Of a stretch of 64,000 nucleotides of DNA, positions 13,360-24,093 are shown piece by piece. Under the pieces are notes generated by a model. It ran no database searches. It had not been told where the DNA came from and worked only from the letters and a program-made list of their open reading frames with translations. Every line of letters starts with the position of its first letter. Position 1 is the stretch's first letter. A program made the translations under genes and the position numbers. The stretch is from contig NC_043006.1 of NCBI RefSeq assembly GCF_006345805.1, forward strand, positions 43,958,001 through 44,022,000, read 5' to 3'. Source of the stretch: Octopus sinensis. Taxonomy: Eukaryota.

Positions 13360-13769
13360 TTATTATTATTATCATCATCATCATCATTTCCATTTTACTT
13401 GCTCTAGTTATTATTATCATCATCATCATTTTCATTTTACTTGCTCTAGTTATTATTATTATTATTATCATTTCCATTTTACTTGTTCTGGTTATTATTA
13501 TCATTATTATTATTATTATTATCATCATCATCATCATTATTATCATTTCCATTTTACTTGTTCTGGTCATTATTATTATTATTATTATTATCATTATAGG
13601 CGTAGGAGTGGCTGTGTGGTAAGTAGCTTGCTAACCAACCACATGGTTCCGGGTTCAGTCCCACTGCGTGGCATCTTGGGCAAATGTCTTCTGCTATAGC
13701 CCCGGGCCGACCAATGCCTTGTGAGTGGATTTGGTAGACGGAAACTGAAAGAAGCCTGTCGTATATATG

Positions 13770-13802
<33 letters not shown>

Positions 13803-14065
13803 ATGTGTTTGTGTGTCTGTGTTTGTCCATCTAGCATTGCTTGACAATCGATGCTGGTGTGTTTACGTCCCCCGTCACTTAGCGGTTCGGCAAAAGAGAC
13901 CGATAGAATAAGTACTGGGCTTACAAAGAATAAGTCCCGGGGGCGATTTGCTCGACTAAAGGCGGTGCTCCAGCATGGCCACAGTCGAATGACTGAAACA
14001 AGTAAAAGAGTAAAAGAGTATTATTATTATTATTATTTCCATTTTACTTGCTCTGGTTTTTGTTG
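13360..14065. repeat. Minisatellite (TAT)n(CAT)n-TT(C)CATTTTACTTG(C/T)TCT(A/G)GT, 5 units, interrupted by a SINE A
   Basis: Units near 13388, 13432, 13472, 13547 and 14037; source of the TRTSKME-repeat ORF 13163-13594. Confidence 0.9.
13597..14018 (+). mobile_element. SINE family A, full-length reference copy (tRNA head, CORE-like motif, internal (TA/TG)n, 3' domain)
   Basis: A-box-like TGGCTGTGTGG, B-box-like GGTTCAGTCCC, TCTTGGGCAAATGTCTT (resembles the CORE CCTTGGGCAAGT motif), microsatellite at about 13762-13810, end GACTGAAACAAGTAAAAGAGTAAAAGAG. Confidence 0.92.
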
Positions 14066-14887
14066 TTATTATTTTCATTATTATTATTATTAATGGCTAC
14101 TTCATATATAAACAACCTATATATAAACATTGCAGTCGTTATATTTCTTCTGCTGCTGCAGAAAGAGGAAAACTATGAAGAGTCAGAAGCAACTTTTTTT
14201 TCTTTCTTTGTTTTTTCTTTTTTGTTGGGGAGGGGGTGGGTGTTATAAATATAAATTTCAAGAATTAAGAAGAATGTTTTCTTCTGGGGTTTGGCTTTTA
14301 CAATTTTTTCTTATATTTTAGTCATTATTGTATTTTTACTATTTTTTACTTATTTATTTTTTTGCTATTTCCATTCTTTATTCTCTTTTTTTATTCTATA
14401 TTTATATTTGTTTCGATCAAACTTTTGAAAAAAAAAAATTGAAGTTTAAAAAAAAAAGAAAATTGAAGTTAAAAAAAAACTGAACTGCTGACAAAAATGA
14501 TGGTGAAGATGATTTCAAAAGATTAATTTACAGATTGAGAATTTACAGTATAAAGAGAAGCCAAAGAGGTGGTAAAGCATGTTAGAATGGTAATACTATT
14601 GGACAGCAGGAGAGTAGTAGTAGTCAGTAGAAGAGACACACCAAAAGTAAAAGATACTAATGCCAACAGTATACAGTAGTAGCCTTGCTGGAAAGAAAGA
14701 CAGTCAACCTAAGGAGCACGAGAAAAGGGAAAGAAAATGTGAAAGCACATTTTAAAGAAAATGGGAGTAGAATAAAATGGTATATTCCCACAGAAAAATT
14801 CTTTGATTTAGTGACATTTTTTATGATCCAAATTCAAATTTTCATCGGAGTCAACTTGCTACACTTGCACAATTTGTAGGTATATAC

Positions 14888-15042
14888 CAGTGGTTCCCAA
14901 CCTGTAGTCTGCGAAGGTAGTACTGGGGAGGAGGGGTCAATGAACATGTTAAGCTGACAGGCCTTTCGATATCCTGGGGTCCACGGGAAAATTCATTTAA
15001 AATGAAAGGGGTCCTTGGTAGTGAAAAGGTTGGAAACCACTG
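14888..15042. mobile_element. hAT (Charlie-like) MITE
   Basis: TIRs CAGTGGTTCCCAACC / GGTTGGAAACCACTG; 8-bp flanks GTATATAC and CTAGATAC (6/8 identical). Confidence 0.8.
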
Positions 15043-15100
15043 CTAGATACCAATGAAAAGAAATCACACACACACAAATATACATATATATATATATATA

Positions 15101-15290
15101 CTCTTTTACACATTTCAGTCATTTGACTACAGCCATGATGGAGCACCACCTTTAGTCAAAGAAATTGACCCCAGGACTTATTCTTTGAAAGCCTAGTACT
15201 TATTCTATTGGTCTCGTTTGCCAAACCATTAAGTTACAGGGATGTAAACACACCAAACCAACATCAGTTGTCAAGCTATAGTGGGAGGAT

Positions 15291-15382
<92 letters not shown>

Positions 15383-15490
15383 AAGGGCTTCTTTCAGTTT
15401 CCGTCTACCAAATACACTCACAAGGCTTTGGTCAGTGGGACTGAATCCATAACCATGTGGTTGGGAAGCAAGCTTCTTACCACACAGCCA
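15101..15490 (-). mobile_element. SINE family A (partly deleted head)
   Basis: Matches the reverse complement of 13597-14018. Confidence 0.88.
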
Positions 15491-15919
15491 CACATATTTA
15501 ATAATAGTTTCATTCACACCTCTGTGCCTGATGGGTTGGGTTCTTCTGACTAGCCTACTAAACTAAGTTGCATGGAACTGCATCAGACTCTTATTAAATG
15601 ATATTAAATAATATGTGAGTTGAGTACCACTTTCTTTCATTTATCCACTCACTCAGGTGTTGTGTACACAGAGTGAGAGGGGAACACAAACATGCATGTA
15701 CACACACAGACACACAAACGTGTGTGTGTGTGTGTGAGTGTGTGCTTCTATATATCTGCATAGTGTACTCAAGTACAGAGAGGAAAGTCAAAACAGTACT
15801 CAGTGCCAAAGGAAAAGTAACAAATATGATTACAACTTCAATGGTTGGGAATACGAAATCTAAATAACCAAATGTGGAACTATAAATATAAATACACACT
15901 CATATACATACACACACAC

Positions 15920-16615
15920 CTAGTGTTTTCTACTATAGCCCCAGGCTGACCTACGCCTTATAGGTGGATATGCTCAATGGAAACTTAAAGAAGCAGTTTG
16001 TGTGTGTGAAGCGGGGAGGCACATATGCATTGCGTTTATCCCTCAGCACCACTCGACAGCAGGTGTTGGTTTGTTTATATCCCTGTGACATAATGGTTTA
16101 ACAGAAGTGGACAACAGAATAAGTATCTGGCCTAATAAAGTACTGGGCTTAATTAATTTAACCAAAACCTTTTCAAGGCAGTGCTCCAGCATGGCCACAG
16201 TCCAAGAACTGACACAAGTAAACACTAAAGCTTTATATTTAGCATGGCTGTAAGGTTTGGTCCCAGGTTCAATCCCACGGCATGACACCTTGGGCAAGTG
16301 TCATCTACTATAGCCTCGGGCCAACCTAAGCTTTGTGAGTGGATTTGATAGACAAAAACTGGAATAAGCCCATTGTATATGACTGTATGTGTGCTTTTGT
16401 GTCAGTATTTGCCCCCCACCCACCCCACCCCCACACCTCATCACCACTTGACAACTGGCGTTGATGTGTTTACGTCTCTGTAACTGAGCAGTTTGGGAAA
16501 AGAGATCGATAGAATAAGTACTGAGTTAAAAAAAAAAATATCTGTCCAAGGACAATTCATCAAGGCAGTGCTCCAGCATGGCCACAATCAAATGACTGAA
16601 ACAGGTGAAAGAAAA
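15920..16615 (+). mobile_element. Two tandem diverged SINE family A copies (about 15920-16225 and 16243-16615)
   Basis: Each ends in CTCCAGCATGGCCACA...GACTGA(C/A)ACA(A/G)GT; head motifs are partly retained. Confidence 0.8.
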
Positions 16616-16689
16616 TATAAGCGTGGGTGTGGGTAGGTGTACACACACCTACCTACCTGCCGTATGACAGGTAAGTATACTTCTGCACC

Positions 16690-16835
16690 TAGTACACTGT
16701 GTTTAAAAGGTTGGTGTCAGGAAGAGCATCCAGTTGCAGAAACCATGCCAAAACTGAGACATCCGAGCAAGTCATGACCTTCCAACCTGTCATACCATCC
16801 GATCCATGCCAGCATGAAATGCAGAAGTGAATAAT
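16690..16835 (+). mobile_element. Family C repeat fragment
   Basis: GGTTGGTGTCAGGAAGAGCATCCAGTTGCAGAAACC ... CCATGCCAGCATG. Confidence 0.7.
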
Positions 16836-17049
16836 GATGATGAGATCACAGAGAGCAGCAGTTCACAGAGTAAAACTAATAAATTACTGTTACAACTTCA
16901 GGGTATAAAAATTTATATATCTCTTATACATTTTGCATGGAGTTCTGCATCAGACAGTGTTTATTCAATGTTTAATGTACCCCCGAATATGTTGAAGACT
17001 CACAACATTATGATATTTATACAAACATACACATACATATTTGTAAACA

Positions 17050-17126
17050 AACATTATATACATATATATATGTATATGCACGCACACATTTATACATACA
17101 CACACACACACACACAAATATATATG

Positions 17127-17185
<59 letters not shown>

Positions 17186-17329
17186 CACACCACATTCACA
17201 CACTTCATACATATACATATATATATATATACACATGTACACATTATATATTATACATATACACATGTACACATTATATATATATATATATATATACCAT
17301 GTACACATTATATATAATATATACATGTA

Positions 17330-17368
<39 letters not shown>

Positions 17369-17369
17369 C

Positions 17370-17412
<43 letters not shown>

Positions 17413-17600
17413 TATATACACACACACACACACACATTATATACATGTGTGTGTATATATATATATGTATGTATGTGTGCATGTATATACATACATATAT
17501 ACATGCACACAGACACATACATATATACACACACATTACACACACACTATATATACATGTGTGTATGTGTATATATGTACACACACACATATACATAAAC
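17050..17600. repeat. Compound (TA)n/(CA)n microsatellite with a higher-order CATGTACAC unit
   Basis: Direct reading; source of the YIYI/THTH ORFs at 16827-17630. Confidence 0.95.
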
Positions 17601-18367
17601 TGTAAGGTGTCGTGGTGGCATGTTAAATAGCAGACCTAATGTCTGGTGCAATTTTAATAGATATTTGATTTAATGCCTCCTGATATAGATTGCATTGTTC
17701 CCATTATATTTAAATGTATAACCACAGAGAGACTTAAATAGCTGTATTGTATATAATATTGTGGCATATTGAGCACTTTGTGATGAAGCATTTATGCATT
17801 GGAAAGATGCGGTATTGTATGCATTATCATGTGTGTGCGTTTGTGCATGCATGTGCACACGCATACATACACATAATATTTACATACATATATGTATGCA
17901 AACATGCGTGTGTGTGTGTGTGTGTGTGTGTGTACATACACACATGTATATACATTCGCACACAATGTACACATAGACGTGTGTTTAAGTACACATATAT
18001 ATACATAGGCACACAGACATACGCACACTCATAAAAGTACACACAGACAGATAAATGGAGAGGCAGGTCTGTGGGGTTCACAAGTTCACTCCGCAATAAT
18101 AGGGGTTTGGTGTAAGCTTTTGATGCACAATACAATGAGCAACTTCTATCATAGCCTTGAAATGACTAATGATTTATTAATGAAATTTGGTAATTGACAA
18201 TTTTGTAGAAGAATTTCATGAGTGGAGGGTCAGGAGTGAATGTATATGTGTGCCTTTTATTTTTGAAATTTGGTTAGTTTTTCCATATCTATCACAGTGA
18301 ATATATTTGTCAATGTACCTGGTAGTAGACTATTTTCAATGCTCCCTATAAAGAATGCTGCAAATAT

Positions 18368-19160
18368 ACTTTTCTACTCTAGGCACAAGGCCAAAAATTT
18401 TGGAGGAGGGGACCAGTTGATTAGATCGACCCCAGTTCACAACTGGTACTTAATTTATCGACCCTGAAAAGGATGAAAGGCAAAATCGACCTTGGCAGAA
18501 TTTGAACTCAGAACATAAAGACAGACGGAATACTGCTAAGCATTTTGCTGAACATGCTAACATTTCTGCTAGCTTGCCGCCATACTCAATGCTGCAAATA
18601 TAGCCTCTAAAATGGGAACCCATGGCAACTTCATTCATTTTTGGTTTATATTTTTGCATTGTGGGCAAAGAATTTTCATTACCCCACTTAAACCTTCTAA
18701 AGGTGTTTCTTGACATATTGCGTCTTTTAACTGAAAAGTGTGCATACTCCATGTCCTATATTATGTACAATGTGTATAAACTACATCCAGTAATATGTAC
18801 ATAGTTCTGAGTTCAAATGTCGCCAAGGTTGACTTTGCCTTTCATCTTTTAAGAGTTGATAAAATAAGTACCAGTTGACTTACTCCCTCCGCGAAATTGC
18901 TGGCCTTGTGTCAAAATTTGAAACCAATATTACGTACATAGTTTCAAGGCAGTGAACTGACAGAACCTTTAGGCTGCCAGACAAAATGCTTAGCGGCATT
19001 TCATCCATCTTCACATTCTGAGCTCAAATTCTGCTAAGGTCGTCTTTGCCCCTCATCCTTTCACAGTCAATAAATAAGTACCAATCAAGTACTGGAATCA
19101 ATGTAATTGATTCCCCCCCCTCTCCTCAAAAACTACAGGTCTTGTACCAAAAATGTGAAA
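18368..19160. mobile_element. Cluster of three SINE family B (B2 tail) copies: 18368-18581 (-), about 18783-18928 (+), about 18944-19160 (+)
   Basis: Shared GAGTTCAAAT...GCCTTTCATC...AAGTACCAG and B2-type tail ...GGCCTTGTG(T/C)C...; orientation read directly. Confidence 0.82.
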
Positions 19161-19318
19161 CCATTATATACATAGTTTCCATTATAGGAATATTGTGGCT
19201 TTTTATATCCATAGTAGAAATGTTGCAAAGTTCTTAAGTTTTTCATAAAATTTCTTCAAATTCCCTCAATTAGTGATACTTTATCATTGGCGTGCATTTT
19301 TTTATGATTCTATCTAGT

Positions 19319-19520
19319 AGTTACTCCAATACAATTTCAGTTTTACAATGCAAGATGATGATATGGCAGAATGGCTTCAACTTGAATTGACTTGGGATTT
19401 AGAACTTCTGGGGAAAAACTTCACAATGGGGTCTGTGCCTCAAGCAAGTTTGGTAGAGCAATTTGCATTCCATTGGGAATATGGTTCTACATCAAAAAAC
19501 ACTGTCCATTGGAATTTTTG
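19319..19520 (+). mobile_element. Unclassified ~200-bp insertion flanked by a 14-bp direct repeat; homolog at 47790-47950 (-)
   Basis: TGATTCTATCTAGT at 19305-19318 and 19521-19534; blocks such as CAGAATGG(C/T)TTCAAC(T/A)TGA and CCTC(A/G)AGCAAGTTT are shared with the reverse complement of the 47.8-kb region. Confidence 0.55.
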
Positions 19521-22500
19521 TGATTCTATCTAGTTGTTTGGCAATTATGAATGTTGATTTGGGAGATTAAAGGTTGGAGAGGGTTATTGTTCAGTAGCAA
19601 AATATATAAACTGCAAATCACCATGGTTACTCAAATAAAAATGTTTGTGCAACTTATATATAAACTGCAGATAAGCTGAAATTTAAGGTCAATAATCAAT
19701 AGTATAAAAATAATTGTTTTTAGGAAACAAATAATCTCGTTTAAACATTTCATGTGTCTTTTTTGAGAGCAACTCCTGTGGTTTTCATTTGTATGATACT
19801 TGGAGATTCAATTTCTTTTTAAAGCAGATGCTGTACCATCTCACACCAATTATGTTTGAAATGTATTCTGATTTCCAGGTACTTTTTCTCTTTGCGTAAC
19901 TATTTTAACTGAAACTTTGTCATTAACTGACACTTTCGAAAATTGATTTTAGCAACCGGGGAAATACAGCAATAGTTAAGGGGCAGCCAGAAATATAACA
20001 AAGGAGAGGGGAAACAATAGCTAAGCAGCCAGAAGTACTGCAAAACAGAGATCACCAGGTGAAGTCAAAAACAAAAAAGTAAGATCAACAGCTGAGGGTG
20101 ATTATTATGACACAACTGTTGGGTAAGTGGTCCAACCTACACCAACCAGACAAGAAAATTTGCCCCAACAATAGGTTTATAAAAGTAACTATAAGAAATT
20201 AAATTCGCATATGATTGGCACATCATAACCCTACAGGACAAAGAAAAGACAGCAGAAAATCATTATGTTTTGATGTTCCTTCCTGACACACTTCTCCCCT
20301 CCTCTCTCTCTCTTTTCTCTAGTACACAAAAACACACCACAGACAACAAAACTAATGGAATAGAAGTCCTTTGAACCAGCTCAAACAATAAAATAAAATA
20401 TTACTTGTTTTCCATTATTTCAAGAGAAATGTAGCTAATTTATATTGTCTTGGAATTAAATTAATTTTTACCACCACAGGTTATTCAAGAGAAATAGCAG
20501 TGTTTTACCGTTTCTTTTCCTGTTTTCCCTACTTTTGCCATACACTAAGGACCTTAGCAAAAACTAGTTGTATTGATAATCTTATACTTTTATTAAAGCA
20601 AAATAAATATTAAAAAAAAATAATAAAGCAAAACAAATTGCTTTACATTTTCTGTAATGTCTTGTTCTAATGTGTTGTTTCTACCACTTCCAATCACAAG
20701 ATCCCCTTAATTACAGCAGTAATGGAACATGAATCGTTTTGTATTATACAGTTATAATGAAAATAATAATGACACCTAACACTACAATGAAAATGATATG
20801 TTACTCCTGCTGCCACACTCAGCAAGGATGATTGCCATTATAGTAGTAGTGGTGGTGGTGGTGGTTTATGAAGTGCACAACCAGTTTTGTAGGAAAGAAT
20901 GTTGTTGTAATTGATAGAGTTGGACACAAGATATAACTGGTACTTAGTCTACTCACAGTGAAAGAATATGAACACAAAACATTTTGGTTTTCCTCTTTTG
21001 GTTCCTAACCGTTAACATCAATAAAAAAACAAAGAACAAAACAAAACAAAAAAAAACAGTAAATCATTTTAAGAAAATTGGATTGTTTCCTTATTATATT
21101 TTATCAAAACTGTTCATCAGCTTCAAATGTATACGAAAACAAGTTTATAAATATGTAATTACAGGAGAGAGTTTTAACTGCAAGGAACTTCTGTTTCTGT
21201 TTTGCAATCAGATAAGTAGTCATAATAAAACAACACTATTAAAATTTGCTGTTTTTCTTGGCATTGTTGCTGCAACTCATGCTACTTTTCAATCTTCTAT
21301 TTATCTTGTTCGCCTAATGTCACTTTTAGAGCTTCTAATGCTAGATTGGAAATCAAAGAAGCATTATATGAATAATGCTATGTATTTGGAACAAATTCTC
21401 TATATTGAAGGTGTTAACCACTTCAAGTCCAGAATTGCTTGCAGCACTTGGGATTTCAGTCACTAAATTATAGCTTGAGTCTCTGTGCTGTCTTTTGTAT
21501 AATTTATGCCTTATACAAGGGAAGTTAGGCTTAAAATATTTATATATACATAAGGACTGTTACACAGTTATGCCAATAGCTTTGTCTGTGAAAGAGTTCA
21601 GTCACTGAAAACAAATTTCATGCCTCTGATAGTTATACGTAATAGCAATTATACATTACTAGAAAGAAGAGTTAACTCTTCACTAATGCCAGTCAGAATG
21701 GTTAAATACAACAATAGCTGCAGTAACAAACACTATCATTGCACAATACTGCAAGTAGTTGTAAATTGATAACAGAACTTCCAGTTAGAGTGTCTGAGTG
21801 TAGTAATATCCAACATATAATGTTGTCCATAAGAAAGGCTTAATTGCTCTCTGCCTTTCCTGTTAAGTGTGGAGGCCATAAAACACAGCGGTTATGATAT
21901 TGAAAAAGCTAATCCTCATTTAAAAATAAAAGCAAAGTTTTAAAATTTATCACAAGTAATTCTTGATTATTTCCTCTGCCTGTTCATAAACATACTTCAC
22001 ACCTACATTATTTCCTGTTGTCACTCTCAACCACACTTGTCACTCATACTTCACTTTATTTCCCTACCACCTTCTCCCATGCTTAACTCTCTTACATGTT
22101 CACTCTTCTTTGCTTAACATCTTGACAAAGACCATTGTACAAGACTTTGATACATTTATCTATTATATATATTTTGTACTCGTAATTTACTGCTTTACCT
22201 GGATATTAATTACCAGGCTTAACACAGAATACCACTGGATTTATTACTGTATTACTGCATGGTTAATATTTCCTGACACAAGCAGTGTTGGGTGCCTTAC
22301 ATCATATAAAGTCTATCACAAACTTCAGATGTTATCTCATCTCTCTCAAGTATAGAAATCAATGATAAATCACCAATTAATAGTATCAAAACTGGCTACA
22401 CATATCAAAGACCAACCACAAAGATAATGCCAAAACAGAGGAAGTGACCAAAATTTGAAATGAAGGCAGTATTGAAGTAACAGAAGAAATTCACAGAAGG

Positions 22501-23000
22501 GAGTTAGACTAATATTTGTTCTTCTTCGTTTAAGAATATCAGAAGTCAAACTCAGCTAAAACCAGGCAGGGGTGCTACATATCTATGATGAAGAGGTTAA
22601 TATCACTAAATATATTCCAACACAGTATTACATCACAAAAATAGATGTTCAACAATATATTTTCAATTACAGAAAATGTTTAATTCCATTAAGCTCACTG
22701 CAGTTGATGAAAAGAATGTCTGCACGTTAACGTTGTACATATGGTAATAGGTAACAAGTTCAACAGGTGAAATTAATGAAAAAAAAAAAAGCATGATCAA
22801 TAAATAGGTAAGAGGCTGATGAACAAGAGACAAATCTTGGATCAGTGGTCTGCCCTAACAATAGGTTGTTTATAAGGTAAACTGTAAGAAATTAAATACA
22901 TACATGATCAGCCAAATAAAACTCTCACCTCACAGAACTAGAATAGACAGCAGAAAAGCATTATATTTTGATCTCCGTTCATGTACCCCCACCAACCTCA

Positions 23001-23068
<68 letters not shown>

Positions 23069-23696
23069 AAATTTTCATCTGATGCTAAAGCTCTTTTAGA
23101 TTCAGTCATTTATTATGTGTTGGTCAGACTTGATAAAGGAGTACAACGAAATAAGTTAGACAGACTGAAGCATAAATATATATATATGTCCCGGCCTGTC
23201 TGCAAAGTCTACTTAAGCAGAGAGTACCACATCAGTTTACTGAAACTTATTACCATGTTCCATTTGAGAGGGAAAGTGCAGTTATCATCTCTTCAATAGG
23301 ATCAAAATTCATCAACTGGTTGTTTTTTTAGCAAGAAAACTTTTGAGATGTCATATATACAATAAATAAAGAGTTGCTTTCATTCTTATTGCTGACATCA
23401 TTCATGGTTATACTTCAAAAAAAAAATCAGGGGATTGCCTATACCAAATTTCCTTCAAATGATACCCTATTGTCTCAAAAGAGGAAGAACACATCAGACA
23501 ATGTAGCCTCAGTTATACAAAAAGATGGGATTGTCATGGTTGGAAAGCCTCTAACTAAAGGATTGCTCAATCAGGGTTGGTACAGTGTTAAAAATAAGTT
23601 ATATTTAGTCTTGTTCCAGTACAAAGTCAACAGGTTTTCAGTTCTCATTCATACAATTCTCTTGCTTAACTTTTGGCCATCAATAACCTCAAGATC

Positions 23697-24093
23697 AGTA
23701 TGGCTGTGTGGTAAGAAATTTGCTTCCCAACCACATGCTTCTGGGTTCAGTTCCACTGCATGACACCTTGTGCAAGTGTCTTCTACAATGGCCTCAGGCC
23801 TTGTGAGTGAAATTGGTAGATGGAAACTGAAAGAAGCCCATCGTATATATTTTCATACATACTTGTGTGTCATCTGTGTATCTTTGTGTCTGTGTTTGAA
23901 CCCCACAACCACTTGACGACTAGTGTTGGTTTGTTTACATCTCTGTAACTTAGCAATTCAACAAAAGGAACTGATAAAATAAGTACCAGGCTACAATAAT
24001 AAGTACCGGGGTCAATTCATTCAACTAAAATCTCTCCAAGGGTGGTGCTCCAGTATGGCCACAGTCTAATGACTGAACCAAGTAAAAGATAAA
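23697..24093 (+). mobile_element. SINE family A, near full length
   Basis: Head TGGCTGTGTGGTAAG through end GACTGAACCAAGTAAAAGAT. Confidence 0.88.

Noticed and set aside
13600-13680. tRNA genes
   Set aside because: A/B boxes belong to SINE heads; I found no complete cloverleaf.
13163-13699. ORFs with TRTSKME or HFHFTCS repeats
   Set aside because: Produced by the TAT/CAT minisatellite.
16827-17630. Longest track ORF (267 aa) and other YIYI/THTH/CVCV ORFs
   Set aside because: Translations of (TA)n/(CA)n microsatellites, which lack stop codons.
20984-23763. 160-, 131- and 129-aa ORFs
   Set aside because: They include poly-A or microsatellite stretches or SINE ends, and show no recognisable motif.
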